From Candidatus Latescibacterota bacterium (lineage in GTDB: Bacteria > Latescibacterota > UBA2968), in assembly GCA_965204375.1 (NCBI GenBank), contig OZ241986.1:5536001-5600000 (forward strand): 64,000 nucleotides of DNA, read 5' to 3'. The position numbers and the translations under genes were made by a program. Positions 10,037 to 20,189 of the stretch are shown piece after piece. Numbering within the stretch: position 1 is the first letter of the stretch; each line of letters begins with the position of its first letter. The notes beneath the pieces were generated by a model that saw only the letters and a list, made by a program, of their open reading frames with translations, was not told the origin of the DNA and searched no databases.

Positions 10037-10783
10037 ATGTCTCCAATTCTCTTTGAATACGGGCCGATTCGCATCGGCGTTTATGGCGTGATGCTCGCGG
10101 TTGGTTTGATTTGTGCGTCGTGGGTGCTCAAACGCGAGTTTCGGCGTCGGGGTCTTGACCCCACGCTGTCAGATCGCATTGCATTTGTCGCTGTGATCGG
10201 CGGTATTGTGGGTAGTAAAATTTTTCACGTTTTTGAGTATCCCCACGCTTTTGTAGCCGATCCTTTTGGCACGATTTTTTCTTCTGTGGGTTGGGCCTGG
10301 TACGGCGGGCTTTTGGGTGGGGCTGCGACTGTGCTCCTTTGGCTTCGCCGGTATAATGCGCTCGATTGGCCCGCTGTGGATGCAATTGCACCGGCTCTTG
10401 TGGTGGGGTACTTTTTTGGGCGGGGAGGATGTGAGCTTTCGGGCGATGGATGCTATGGGATTCCCACGGATTTGCCCTGGGGGATGGCTTATCCCAATGG
10501 TCTTGTGCCCACGCTCGATTTTGTGCATCCGACGCCGATTTACGAGATGATTCAGATGGTTTGTATTTTCGGGATTCTGTTGGCTCTGCGCGATCGTCTC
10601 AGGCCCGGTATGGTTTTTGGTTTTTATCTCGTTTTGATGGCTGTTGCCCGCTTTTTTGTCGAGTTTGTGCGTCTCACGCCCGAGGTTTTTATGGGGCTTA
10701 CGGTGCATCAATGGGTCAGTATTGGTCTCGTGATTACGGGGCTTTATCTCATTAATTTGCGTCGAACAAGACCTCAGAATTGA
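10037..10783 (+). CDS. lgt: Prolipoprotein diacylglyceryl transferase
   Basis: 'YGVM', 'WYGGLLG', 'GR.GC..GDGCYG.PT.LPW', 'HPTPIYE', 'RF.VEF.R'. Confidence 0.92.
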   Translation: MSPILFEYGPIRIGVYGVMLAVGLICASWVLKREFRRRGLDPTLSDRIAFVAVIGGIVGSKIFHVFEYPHAFVADPFGTIFSSVGWAWYGGLLGGAATVLLWLRRYNALDWPAVDAIAPALVVGYFFGRGGCELSGDGCYGIPTDLPWGMAYPNGLVPTLDFVHPTPIYEMIQMVCIFGILLALRDRLRPGMVFGFYLVLMAVARFFVEFVRLTPEVFMGLTVHQWVSIGLVITGLYLINLRRTRPQN

Positions 10784-10808
10784 CAAAATTATGATCTCGG
10801 TTTATTTT
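10780..10808 (+). promoter_or_regulatory. Probable original sigma-70 promoter of cysS, now displaced by the IS
   Basis: TTGACA-17 bp-TATTTT ending 9 nt before the left ATGGAT copy. Confidence 0.55.
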
Positions 10809-10840
10809 TGAACTCACATGGATCAATGGTTCGGACAGAA

Positions 10841-12109
10841 TTAAGCGGCAATATTGCCATAATTGATAAGATATTTGTATTTGGGTGATTTTTTTATGTG
10901 CTTAGGGTCAAGATCAAACATTGAAAAAAACTTTTCAAGGAAAAAAGTGTTGAAATAACAGGCTTTTATGCTGGTCATCGAAAAAGGCTTTGTCGGGGTA
11001 TCTGACTGGGTTTTCAAGTGCTCTGCTTTGGATAGATTCAGCGTTGTCAAGGACGCATTAAAATGGAAGTCGAGGCGTTTTTGATCCCGGGTTTGCGCAT
11101 CGGATAGGCCAGTAAATTGTTTGGCATCACGAAAAATAAATTCAATCTGGAAGCGTGCTTTGTAATAGGTGACCACGCTTTGGGCCTCTAAATGCGGATC
11201 GGTAGAAAACAAGAGGACATAATTTTTCTTGCTCTTGATCTTCTCATTGAGTAGGACAACGACTTTGAGATTTCTTTTAAAGCATTGGTGATTGAGTATC
11301 TGGCTATACAAGGCAATGCCGTCTTGTGTGTGGTGATAGGTAAAGCGCGATAAGTCCTGCCAATCAACTTTGCCGTCGTATGTTTTCTGATTGCCAGAGC
11401 CTTTCTCCCTTTTGGGGCCTGTATAAAGATAGCGCATGTTGGCATCGTATCGCAATCTGCCAATTTGGTGGAGGTGGCGGGAGGTCACGCCATCAATAAA
11501 TTTCTTCTTCGAGAAGAAGCCATCCACACACAGATAGGTTTCATCCGCGTTGAGGTAAGGTGTTATCTCTCGTAAGTGTTGTAAATACTGGTCAATACGG
11601 TTTTCACCATCACTATCACCATCACCTTGTTGGCTGTTTTCAGTCTCAGAGATAGGGGCGGTTTGTCGAACCGAAAGAGGATAGGCTGTGTTTTCTTCCA
11701 CATCAACAAGTGCCACCCCACTGATTTCTAAGCCCTTTTCTGTTTTGCAATGACAGCCATTGAAAAAGTAGTCTAAGCCATAAGTTTTGTTCCCAGATTT
11801 GGGGATAAAAGAGGCATCTAAGGCCAGGATACGCGCAGGTGCTTGGTCTTGGTCTTGATCTTGATTTTGGTCTTGATCTTGATCTTGATCTATACAGTCA
11901 TTGATGATGGCACGGTTGAACGCCATAAAGTTAAAGGATTTGTCAAATTGGCGTGCGTATGTGCGCTCACTGTAATGGGAATAACGTGAAAGGTTGCGAA
12001 AATTGATTTTGCCTCGTGCAATGAGTATGGTAGTAAAAAGCGTGATGAGAAACTTTTTTTGGGGTTTGCATAAGTTTATCCGATTGAGTATCTTTTCTGC
12101 CAGTTCCAT
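10841..12109 (-). CDS. DDE transposase
   Basis: 'ALDASF', 'CVDGFF', YREK-like 'YKARFQIEFIFRDAKQ'. Confidence 0.92.
   Translation of the reverse strand: MELAEKILNRINLCKPQKKFLITLFTTILIARGKINFRNLSRYSHYSERTYARQFDKSFNFMAFNRAIINDCIDQDQDQDQNQDQDQDQAPARILALDASFIPKSGNKTYGLDYFFNGCHCKTEKGLEISGVALVDVEENTAYPLSVRQTAPISETENSQQGDGDSDGENRIDQYLQHLREITPYLNADETYLCVDGFFSKKKFIDGVTSRHLHQIGRLRYDANMRYLYTGPKREKGSGNQKTYDGKVDWQDLSRFTYHHTQDGIALYSQILNHQCFKRNLKVVVLLNEKIKSKKNYVLLFSTDPHLEAQSVVTYYKARFQIEFIFRDAKQFTGLSDAQTRDQKRLDFHFNASLTTLNLSKAEHLKTQSDTPTKPFSMTSIKACYFNTFFLEKFFSMFDLDPKHIKKSPKYKYLINYGNIAA
11843..11890 (-). repeat. Hexamer microsatellite (GAYCAA)n encoding a DQ run inside the transposase
   Basis: Plus strand ttggtc/ttgatc x8; protein DQDQDQDQNQDQDQDQ. 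Confidence 0.9.
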
Positions 12110-12231
12110 TGTGCCGTCTCACTTGTTTGGATTGTCGTTGATTTGGATATCTTTGACATCCAATCTGCGTGAACGGCACTTTTTTGTCTATGATTTTTTG
12201 TAACCTTTAAAAAAAACTGTCCGAAGTATTG

Positions 12232-13740
12232 ATGGATATTCGATTTTACAATACGCTGACGAATCGCGAAGAAGTTTTTGAGCCGCTTGATCCTCCAAAT
12301 GTGGCGATGTATTCCTGTGGTCCAACGGTGTACGATTTTGCCCATATCGGCAATTTCAAGTCTTTTTTGTTTTCTGATGTGCTCCGTCGATTTCTCGATT
12401 TGGCCGGTTATAACGTTACCCATGTGATGAATATTACCGATGTGGGACATATGACGGACGACGATGTGGCCGATGCGACCGGCGAGGACAAAATCGCGGT
12501 GGCTGCGCGCAAGCTCAAGGAGGAAAAGAAGTCGGGCAAGTTGCCCGATGATGCGATTTCTAATCCCGATGATCCGTTTGAGGTGGCGCAATATTTTACG
12601 GATGCATTTATCGAAGATGCGCGTTTGCTGGATATTAAAGTGGCGCACGGCTATCCGCGCAATATGCCGCGTCCTACGGAACATATCGATGCCATACAGG
12701 TGATGATTCAGAAGTTGTTGGATAAGGGGCACGCCTATATTGCCGATGATGGTGTGGTTTATTTTAGTGTTGACTCTTTTCCCGAATACGGTCGTCTGTC
12801 GGGCAATGATCTGGAGCAGCTCATCGCGGGTTCTGGTGGCCGCGTGCTTGAAGAACACCAGGCGATCAAGCGCAATCCCGCTGATTTCTTTTTGTGGAAG
12901 CCCGATCCGTCGCATATTATGAAATGGCCTTCTCCGTGGGGTGAGGGGTATCCGGGCTGGCATATCGAATGCTCGGCCATGGCGATGAAGATGCTGCGGC
13001 GCGAGGTTATCGATATTCACACTGGGGGCGAGGATAATATTTTTCCGCATCACGAATGCGAGATTGCTCAGTCGTGCTGTGCGACGGGGCATTCGCATTT
13101 TGCGAGGTACTGGATTCACCCGCGCTATTTAATGGTGGAAGGCGAGAAGATGTCCAAGAGCAAGGGCAATTTTTTTACGGTGCGCGATGTGCTCAAGGGC
13201 AAGGTGACCGGGCGTCCCGTTCATCCTTCGGTTTTGCGTTACGAACTCATTAAGACGCATTATCGCACGCAGACCAATTTTACGCAAAAAGGTCTTCAGG
13301 ATTCGGCCAGTGCTGTACGAAGATTTCACGAGTTTGGGCAGGAGCTGGCCCAGGCGGCGAACGGCAATGCGACGGAGGTCGGCAATGATCATCCCGTTGT
13401 TGCCGATTTTCTCAGTGCGCTGTCCAGCGATCTCAATATCAGTGCAGCACTTGCGGTTGTGCATAACTGGATGGGGCAAAAGGTAGATGACCCGTCCGAA
13501 GCGCTGGATGTGTTTGATAAGATCAATAGTGTGTTGGGAATTGCCGATCTTTCGGGATTGGTCAAGACTGATTCATCGGATGAGACAGATACCAGCGAGG
13601 CGATTTGCAAACAGATTGATGAGGCCCGCGCATCCAAAGATTACGATACTGCTGATCGTCTGCGGCAGGATCTCATCGATGCGGGCTATGAGGTGCGTAC
13701 CACGCCGAAAGGGACGATGGCTGTGAAGCAGTTGGCGTAG
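12232..13740 (+). CDS. cysS: Cysteine--tRNA ligase
   Basis: 'CGPTVY..AHIGN', 'GWHIECSAM', 'FPHHECE', 'KMSKS'. Confidence 0.97.
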   Translation: MDIRFYNTLTNREEVFEPLDPPNVAMYSCGPTVYDFAHIGNFKSFLFSDVLRRFLDLAGYNVTHVMNITDVGHMTDDDVADATGEDKIAVAARKLKEEKKSGKLPDDAISNPDDPFEVAQYFTDAFIEDARLLDIKVAHGYPRNMPRPTEHIDAIQVMIQKLLDKGHAYIADDGVVYFSVDSFPEYGRLSGNDLEQLIAGSGGRVLEEHQAIKRNPADFFLWKPDPSHIMKWPSPWGEGYPGWHIECSAMAMKMLRREVIDIHTGGEDNIFPHHECEIAQSCCATGHSHFARYWIHPRYLMVEGEKMSKSKGNFFTVRDVLKGKVTGRPVHPSVLRYELIKTHYRTQTNFTQKGLQDSASAVRRFHEFGQELAQAANGNATEVGNDHPVVADFLSALSSDLNISAALAVVHNWMGQKVDDPSEALDVFDKINSVLGIADLSGLVKTDSSDETDTSEAICKQIDEARASKDYDTADRLRQDLIDAGYEVRTTPKGTMAVKQLA

Positions 13741-13779
13741 AGGCAGTGGACAGGAAATAAAGACAAATGGAATTACAAT

Positions 13780-14157
13780 ATGGGGATTCTTAGCACATTC
13801 TTCAATGCTATGATTCGTAGCGCGGGGCACGACGCCTATCGCTCAACAAAAAGAGTTGTGACAGATGTGGGCAAACAGGCATCGCGTCGCACTGCTATTG
13901 AGGCAGATTACGATGTAATTCAAGAAGTTGACGAGGGGTTAGAAAATACTGCTGATATGTATACCGCGGCAGACAATCCTATTGAAATTGGCCATCGTGT
14001 GGTGCGAGGAGCGATTGATATTTTAGAGAAGCACATTGAGGAAGGCAAAGAATCACAGGTTGATGCAGAAATTATTGAAAGTATTGAGACTAATCTTGAC
14101 CAACTTTTAAGGATTGATATGCTGGAAAGCCAAGTGGAGAATATGCGGAGTTTGTAG
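13780..14157 (+). CDS. Hypothetical acidic, probably helical protein
   Basis: 125-aa ORF with no competing ORF; no family recognised. Confidence 0.6.
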   Translation: MGILSTFFNAMIRSAGHDAYRSTKRVVTDVGKQASRRTAIEADYDVIQEVDEGLENTADMYTAADNPIEIGHRVVRGAIDILEKHIEEGKESQVDAEIIESIETNLDQLLRIDMLESQVENMRSL

Positions 14158-14184
14158 GAACAGACAATTTGGAGGAAGAAACAG

Positions 14185-14667
14185 ATGAATCAGCTACTTG
14201 TGGATATGGCTGGTCCCGAACCGATGACCTCACAACAGGGGCCTGTTGAAGATCAAAGACAACAGCAGCTTGCAACTTGGCTGTGGGCAGCTTTTGAATC
14301 TGAGCCGCTTGAAGACGGAATGGATCATCCGGCCGAGGAGATCATTGAACAGGCATTGCATTCCAATGAAAGCCAGTGCGTTCTCGATGTGTTGAGAGCA
14401 CTCTCCTTGGACGTCGTGCATCCGAGTTTTGCGGCATCGGTTTTGCGTTGTCTCGGCCGACAACAAAATCCGGGGACAGATACTTGGCGCACCGATCTCG
14501 TGCGCGACGGCTTGGCTGTGGATGATGTGGAGATTAGAGATGCTGCGGTGTATGCAGCAGAGTGGTGGGGTGGCAGAGAGATGCGGAATGTGCTACAATC
14601 CCACTCTGAGTCGAAACCTTGGCTGCGAGATTATATTCGGGATGTGATTGAAGATTTGGGAGAGTAG
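14185..14667 (+). CDS. Hypothetical protein with HEAT-repeat-like C-terminus
   Basis: SD GGAGG; 'DDVEIRDAAVYA' HEAT-like helix pattern. Confidence 0.65.
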   Translation: MNQLLVDMAGPEPMTSQQGPVEDQRQQQLATWLWAAFESEPLEDGMDHPAEEIIEQALHSNESQCVLDVLRALSLDVVHPSFAASVLRCLGRQQNPGTDTWRTDLVRDGLAVDDVEIRDAAVYAAEWWGGREMRNVLQSHSESKPWLRDYIRDVIEDLGE

Positions 14668-14670
14668 GCG

Positions 14671-15189
14671 ATGTTCCTGGTTCGGAAGATCACACGTGCC
14701 AAGTGGGATTCCAACTCAGAGTTATCAGTGGGAGAGATTTCGGCTGATGCTGTGACCAGTGATCTCAGAACACAGAGAAATTCCTTATCCTTTTGGCGAT
14801 GTCGTACGGAGACAAATGGCGATGTCGCAGATGCCGCACTGGCGATCGCTGCAGCACGCGATCAGGTTGATACGATTGATATTGTTTGGCTTGATGAGGA
14901 TGAATTGCGGACTGATGACCAAAGGTTGAGTAGCTCCGAAGGACGAACACCTGTCACAGAATTGGTCGGGTTACATGTTGATGTGTACTGTCTCGATTAT
15001 GTTCGCCTTGGACAAATCGCACGCCGCATTGTTACAGCATTAGAAGAAAAACGATGTCTCAGAATTACGAGAGCACGAGTTAAGAGGCTCTTGGCGGAAG
15101 CAGTTGTGCAAGGACGGGTCAAACTTGCCGATCTCCAGACCAGTGTCCAAACGGAAGTGCAAAAGTCGCTTGATCCAGATACGTCTTGA
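14671..15189 (+). CDS. Hypothetical protein, possible ADP-ribosyltransferase/RES-like fold
   Basis: Starts 3 nt after upstream stop; 'LVRKI...DA.T.DLRT..N.LSFW...H.D'. Confidence 0.65.
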   Translation: MFLVRKITRAKWDSNSELSVGEISADAVTSDLRTQRNSLSFWRCRTETNGDVADAALAIAAARDQVDTIDIVWLDEDELRTDDQRLSSSEGRTPVTELVGLHVDVYCLDYVRLGQIARRIVTALEEKRCLRITRARVKRLLAEAVVQGRVKLADLQTSVQTEVQKSLDPDTS

Positions 15190-15237
15190 CCAGAAAACCC
15201 ACGGCCTTTTGAAACCCTATCAGGTGGAGCCTGTTGA

Positions 15238-15322
15238 CACTAACCACTAACCACTGCCTTTCAGGACTTTTCCCATTACCCGTATGCGCCGTTTGCGCCA
15301 GAGAGGGACCACGCGCCGATGG
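15238..15322 (+). repeat. Degenerate direct-repeat copy of the hemB 5' region (16180-16265); ATG changed to AGG
   Basis: cactaaccactaaccactg..tttcaggacttttcccattacccg..tgcgccgtttgcg matches the hemB start at roughly 88% by eye. Confidence 0.92.
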
Positions 15323-15411
15323 CCTACGAAAAGTTGCATCAATCACAGGCTTGCAACCCAAACCTTAAATACTTTATCAAAACGATTGAGCTTTAAAAGG
15401 AGATATTCAAA

Positions 15412-15999
15412 ATGCCATTCTATCTATACAACAAAAATCCCATCAATGGGGGATTCTCAGAGTATATACAGGTGGGAGAAATTAGCCTTGCTGGTAGGAA
15501 TAATGTTATTTATGGATCCCTAACAGCGACAAATCAGTTGCAACAGAATCGAGGTCAAAATGCTGGGATTGGATGGCATTTGAGCGAATTCGACTTGCTT
15601 GGAACTGCCACAGAACAATATTTGAACGAGCCCGTCTTGGCTAATGAATACGCTATTGTAATTGATCTAAAGCCAAATGTTGCAAACAATGTATCACTCT
15701 ATGAAATAAAAGATATCTGGGGATTTTCCGATTCGGATTATACGCCAGTCGCCCTTAGGATAGAACTCCTTTTTGGTGATCATCATCACCAAAATCCTGA
15801 CGCTTTCAAGGAGAGGTTCATGGATGATAATTGCCCTAGAGACCAGGTACATGAATTTCTATATTTGCAAGGTGGATATGGTTCTGGAACATGGAATTGG
15901 GGACGAGTTGGGCTGGTCAATGGCGCGTTGCTTTGGCCAGATGCACTTGAGTTCTTTTGTAGAGAGATCCAAAACAGGATGCAAGGCGGAGTCCCGTAG
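15412..15999 (+). CDS. Hypothetical protein, AT-rich cassette
   Basis: SD AAGGAG; lower GC than flanks; Trp/Gly-rich 'GTWNWGRVG.VNGALLWP'. Confidence 0.75.
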   Translation: MPFYLYNKNPINGGFSEYIQVGEISLAGRNNVIYGSLTATNQLQQNRGQNAGIGWHLSEFDLLGTATEQYLNEPVLANEYAIVIDLKPNVANNVSLYEIKDIWGFSDSDYTPVALRIELLFGDHHHQNPDAFKERFMDDNCPRDQVHEFLYLQGGYGSGTWNWGRVGLVNGALLWPDALEFFCREIQNRMQGGVP

Positions 16000-16058
16000 A
16001 TTAAATCAAGAAACTTATTGGTCTTTCAAAAAAATTTGCTGATATGTTTTTTCGATAG

Positions 16059-16130
16059 ACTGGATTGCGGCTTAAAGCATGCCGCAATGACAACCGCCGT
16101 TCGTCACTCCGGCGTAGGCCGGAGTCCAGT
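16059..16130. repeat. Inverted pair of REP-like palindromes (GTCA..CCGGC..GCCGG..TCCAG type)
   Basis: ACTGGATTGCGGC..GCCGCAATGAC facing GTCACTCCGGCGTAGGCCGGAGTCCAGT. Confidence 0.75.
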
Positions 16131-16204
16131 GAGTTTAGGCATGAAACTTATTTCAAAGACCAATAAAGCCGTTTTTTACCACTAACCACTAACCACTGAC
16201 TTTC

Positions 16205-17176
16205 ATGACTTTTCCCATTACCCGCCTGCGCCGTTTGCGTCAGAGTGAGACGACGCGTCGAATGGTGCGCGAAAATTATGTGCGCGTTGACGATTTGATT
16301 ATGCCCCTGTTTGTGTGCCCGGGCAGAGGCGTGAAGAAGGAAATCGGGTCTATGCCGGGCAACCATCAGATGTCGATAGATGTCATGGTTGAGGCGTGTA
16401 GAGAAATTGCTGATTTGGGCATTCCCGCGGTGATTCTGTTTGGGATTCCCGATCACAAAGACGCGCGGGGCAGTGGGGCTTTGTGCGATGATGGCATTAT
16501 TCAGCGTGCGATATCTGCGATTAAAGAAACTACGCCTGATCTCTATGTGATTACGGATGTGTGTTTGTGCGAATATACGGACCACGGGCATTGCGGTGTG
16601 ATTGTGGATAATGATGTGCATAATGATGAAACGGTTGATCTTCTCGTCGAGGAATCCCTTTCCCATGTTCGCGCGGGCGTAGATATGGTCGCGCCTTCCG
16701 ATATGATGGATGGCCGGGTTGGGGCTATTCGCTCGGCTCTGGATGCCCAGGGGTTTGACCATATACCGATTATGGCATATTCGGCCAAATACTGCTCGAG
16801 TTTTTACGGTCCATTTCGCGAAGCGGCAGAGTCCGCGCCGCAATTTGGCGACCGCCAGTCCTATCAGATGGATCCGGCAAATGGCGACGAGGCCATGCGC
16901 GAAGTGGCTCTGGATATCGAGGAGGGCGCGGATATCGTGATGATCAAGCCCGCATTGCCCTATCTGGATATTATTTACCGGGTGAAAACGGAGTTCGGCG
17001 TGCCGGTTGCCGCGTACAATGTCAGCGGCGAGTTTGCGATGCTCAAAGCTGCTTTCGCAAATGGCTGGCTGGATGAAGTTCGGGTGCGAGATGAGGTTCT
17101 GGTGAGTATTAAACGCGCAGGCGCAGATCTTATTCTGACCTACTTTGCGCGCGATATTGCGCGGGTGTTGAGGTGA
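16205..17176 (+). CDS. hemB: Porphobilinogen synthase (Zn-type)
   Basis: 'RLRRLR', '[14 protein letters not shown]', 'APSDMMDGR', 'AYSAKY', 'MIKP'. Confidence 0.97.
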   Translation: MTFPITRLRRLRQSETTRRMVRENYVRVDDLIMPLFVCPGRGVKKEIGSMPGNHQMSIDVMVEACREIADLGIPAVILFGIPDHKDARGSGALCDDGIIQRAISAIKETTPDLYVITDVCLCEYTDHGHCGVIVDNDVHNDETVDLLVEESLSHVRAGVDMVAPSDMMDGRVGAIRSALDAQGFDHIPIMAYSAKYCSSFYGPFREAAESAPQFGDRQSYQMDPANGDEAMREVALDIEEGADIVMIKPALPYLDIIYRVKTEFGVPVAAYNVSGEFAMLKAAFANGWLDEVRVRDEVLVSIKRAGADLILTYFARDIARVLR

Positions 17177-17604
17177 GAGGTTTTATGGATATTACGATTG
17201 ATCGCATTATGCAGAATTTTGATGTTCTCTCAGATTGGGAAGATCGCTACCGGTATATTATTGAACTCGGTCGCAAGTTGCCGCCTTTTGATGAGGAATA
17301 CAAAATTGATGACAATCTGGTGCGGGGATGTGTGAGCCAGGTGTGGCTCGTAACCGATGTTCGAGATGGCGATCCCCCTGTGATCGAATTTCGCGCAGAT
17401 AGCGATGCGCAGATTGTCAAGGGGCTGGTCGCTATTTTGTTGTCGCTGTATTCGGGCAAGACCGCTCGAGAGATTCTCACGGCTGATATTCGAAGCATTT
17501 TTCAAAAGCTCGATCTCGCCAGACACCTGAGTATCAACCGCGCCAATGGCTTTGCCTCTATGGTCAAGCGCATTCACGAACTCGCGCTTGTCACAGCGGC
17601 ATAG
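17173..17604 (+). CDS. sufE: SufE cysteine desulfuration protein
   Basis: 'WEDRY.YIIELG', 'V.GC.SQVW', 'DSDA.IVKG', 'RANG'. Confidence 0.93.
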   Translation: MRGFMDITIDRIMQNFDVLSDWEDRYRYIIELGRKLPPFDEEYKIDDNLVRGCVSQVWLVTDVRDGDPPVIEFRADSDAQIVKGLVAILLSLYSGKTAREILTADIRSIFQKLDLARHLSINRANGFASMVKRIHELALVTAA

Positions 17605-17610
17605 GAGGAC

Positions 17611-18618
17611 CTATCCCACCGACGCATTGGCCTGGCGCAGCAGGGATCTTATGTAGGAGATGCAGTATGCCAATCCCGCCCGGCGGTTTTCATCGTTTAT
17701 CAGTTTGGGAATGTGGTCGGGCATCAGGGGGCCGTTGAAACCGACCCTGCGCAGGGCCTGCATCACCTGCGCCATGTCCATATAACCGTCGTCTGGAAAG
17801 GTTTCTTCAAAATAGGGCATTGATGAACTCACATTTCGGAAATGCACTGCGGCGATTTTGCCTCTGCCTCCAAAATCCTGGATCATCTCAAAAACATCTT
17901 TGCCCATCTGGTCTCCGCCTTCCGACCATGTTCCCACGCAGAAGAGTAACCCCCAGTTCTCGCTTCTGTCAGTGATTTTCTCTGCTCGCCGGTACCCCTC
18001 ATAGTGCGTGATCAACTTGCCCACCCCGTTCATCATTTCGACTGGCGGATCGTCAGCGTGAAGTGCGAGGGTGATGTTTAGCTCTTCTGCTACAGGCAAT
18101 ACTGCCTTGATGAAATAGGTGTAATTATCCCAAATTTCCTCGGTTGTATAGGTTCTCTCGAACCGGTTCTTTTCCACTTGTGTCCTGAATATGTCGAGGT
18201 CAAATGCCCGCGCTGTGTATCCTCGACGTTCCACATGGTGGGTGGTATAGGTGTTGGCCGGATGAAAAGAGTGAAGGCACAGGGGAATGTCGAGGGCTGC
18301 AAGTGCGCGGATAAAGGTACGGTACGTCTCGATGTCTTCATCCCGTCCTGGCTGTCCCAACTGGATTTTGAGAGAGCGACCCGCACTGTGTCCGGCGCTG
18401 CAGATTCGGAGATCGTATTGTGCCAGCCGTTTCTGGACTTCTCTCATCTGATCCACGTCTGGGATTTGCGTTCGCCAGTGTACCTGCACCCAGGGAACGC
18501 CGATCTGTTTGAGAAAGAGCAAATCGTCGTCGGGTGCATTCCACGAGATCTGATGCGCCAGCTTGATATTGTCTGGATGGTATTCATCTACAAATGTGAC
18601 ACCTGTCTCATCTGCCAT
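17611..18618 (-). CDS. Mannonate dehydratase (UxuA) family protein
   Basis: 'LPVAEE..I.LALH.DDPP', 'VHFRN', 'MPDH.P'. Confidence 0.85.
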   Translation of the reverse strand: MADETGVTFVDEYHPDNIKLAHQISWNAPDDDLLFLKQIGVPWVQVHWRTQIPDVDQMREVQKRLAQYDLRICSAGHSAGRSLKIQLGQPGRDEDIETYRTFIRALAALDIPLCLHSFHPANTYTTHHVERRGYTARAFDLDIFRTQVEKNRFERTYTTEEIWDNYTYFIKAVLPVAEELNITLALHADDPPVEMMNGVGKLITHYEGYRRAEKITDRSENWGLLFCVGTWSEGGDQMGKDVFEMIQDFGGRGKIAAVHFRNVSSSMPYFEETFPDDGYMDMAQVMQALRRVGFNGPLMPDHIPKLINDENRRAGLAYCISYIRSLLRQANASVG

Positions 18619-18653
18619 TTGACTATCCTTGCAAGCGCATAATTTATATGTTG

Positions 18654-19499
18654 TTAGACCATCAACGCGTTTTCCGCTTCTTTGCGGTGCATCAATAACG
18701 GACCGCGCACGCCGCGCTCAATTTTGGCATAAGCATCGTGGTTGTGGATGCTTTCATAGTTGTTGCTCGATACGTAAAACCAGGAGATGCGCTCTTCATC
18801 TATCATGGATAGAAGGTCTGTCGCCACATCGCGCACGATGTCTTCGACAAATTTGGGGTTGTTATATGCGCGCTCGGTTACGTATTTTTCATCTGTGCGT
18901 TTTAGAATGGGATAGAGTTGACACGACGCATGGTATTCGCCGATGTCGATCAAATCCTCAAACCAGATAAATTCATCCTCATAAGGCCGCACATCCATTG
19001 TGATTTCGGAACGTTGATTGTGCGCGCCGTAGTCGCTGATTTCTTTGCTGCAGGGGCAGAGGCTTGCCACGTTGGCACGCACGCCGATTAGCTTGTCTTG
19101 CAGGCCTTCATTTGTCAACATTGCCTTAAATTCACAGTTGTAGTCCAGCATGCCTTCAATGCCCGTGATAGGTGCTTTGCGGGTTAAAAAAATGGGAAAT
19201 GCCATACTGAGAAACGCTTCTTCTGCTTCCAATAATTCGAGCATTTCTTCGAGTACGATGTGTACGCTATCAGGTGTAAAGTGTTTGTGTTGCTCATTGA
19301 GTGCGATCATAAACCGCGACATGTGGGTTCCCTTTTGATGATGGGGCAAGCTCACGGTCATGGATAGATTGGCCACTGTGTGAAATTCGCCGTTATCGCG
19401 TAGCGGCAAGGTCAAGGGATAGCGCACATTGGATACACCAACTTGGTCGATTTCAATGCCGCGTTTGTCGTGTGAGTTTTGTATGTCGGGTAGTTCCAT
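18654..19499 (-). CDS. folE2: GTP cyclohydrolase I type B (FolE2)
   Basis: 'LPDIQ', 'KGTHMSRF', 'SLCPCSKEIS.YGAHNQRS', 'ESIHNHDA'. Confidence 0.95.
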   Translation of the reverse strand: MELPDIQNSHDKRGIEIDQVGVSNVRYPLTLPLRDNGEFHTVANLSMTVSLPHHQKGTHMSRFMIALNEQHKHFTPDSVHIVLEEMLELLEAEEAFLSMAFPIFLTRKAPITGIEGMLDYNCEFKAMLTNEGLQDKLIGVRANVASLCPCSKEISDYGAHNQRSEITMDVRPYEDEFIWFEDLIDIGEYHASCQLYPILKRTDEKYVTERAYNNPKFVEDIVRDVATDLLSMIDEERISWFYVSSNNYESIHNHDAYAKIERGVRGPLLMHRKEAENALMV

Positions 19500-19558
19500 T
19501 CTGTTCTCCGTGGCGGAAATTTCTGACGAGTTCCGCCTAATATACCTCAAAATGCAAA

Positions 19559-19834
19559 ATGGTCAATCCTATAAAAATTGTCGATAGAATGCTTTCCATC
19601 ACTGCGTGTGTGCTTATCAAGAGCTATCAATATGTGCTGTCGCCCCTGATGCGCTTTTTTGCCATTGCGCCCAGTCCATGTCGCTATCATCCCACATGTT
19701 CGCACTACGCGCTTGAAGCTTTTCGCCAGCATCCCTTCCCGTATGCTCTTTTTCTTGCGATACGACGTATTTTGCGCTGTCGTCCGTTTGCCAGAGGTGG
19801 GTACGATCCGGTTCCTCCGCCTTCTGATCAATGA
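19559..19834 (+). CDS. yidD: Membrane protein insertion efficiency factor
   Basis: 'YQ..LSP', '[10 protein letters not shown]', 'RILRC.P...GGYDPVP'. Confidence 0.92.
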   Translation: MVNPIKIVDRMLSITACVLIKSYQYVLSPLMRFFAIAPSPCRYHPTCSHYALEAFRQHPFPYALFLAIRRILRCRPFARGGYDPVPPPSDQ

Positions 19835-19838
19835 CCTT

Positions 19839-20189
19839 CTATCTCGCCAACATCCTGCCCAGAGGTCGTCCGCCGAGCAGATGCATGTGGATGTGATATA
19901 CTTCCTGACCCCCGTTGCGATTGCAGTTGATGATGAGGCGATACCCGTCTTCTGCAATGCCCTCGTCTGCTGCGATTTTTGCCGCGACAGTTATCACGCG
20001 CCCGAGTGTGGGTTCGTCTTCTTTTGTTATGTCATTGACGGTTGGGATCAATTTATTTGGCACGATCAATACGTGGGTAGGTGCCTGGGGATTGATGTCT
20101 CGGAAAGCGGTTACCAGGTCGTCTTGATAGACGATGTCTGCGTTGATTTCGCGTCGGATAATTTTGCTAAAGATCGTTTCTTCGGCCAT
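19839..20189 (-). CDS. Histidine triad nucleotide-binding protein
   Basis: 'IFSKII', 'DINPQAPTH', 'HIHMHLLGG'. Confidence 0.95.
   Translation of the reverse strand: MAEETIFSKIIRREINADIVYQDDLVTAFRDINPQAPTHVLIVPNKLIPTVNDITKEDEPTLGRVITVAAKIAADEGIAEDGYRLIINCNRNGGQEVYHIHMHLLGGRPLGRMLAR

Larger units (their letters stand above)
10824..12231 (-). mobile_element. Insertion sequence (IS4-superfamily/IS701-like DDE), 1408 bp, 15-bp imperfect TIRs, 6-bp target duplication ATGGAT
   Basis: Left end CAATGGTTCGGACAG (10824-10838); right end reverse-complements to CAATACTTCGGACAG (12217-12231); ATGGAT at 10818-10823 and 12232-12237; AT-rich. Confidence 0.92.

Noticed and set aside
12232-17176. cysS and hemB as zinc-independent backup paralogs in a Zur regulon
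   Set aside because: Both retain their canonical zinc ligands (CGPT/HIEC/HHE; CLC..HC) and no Zur box was seen.
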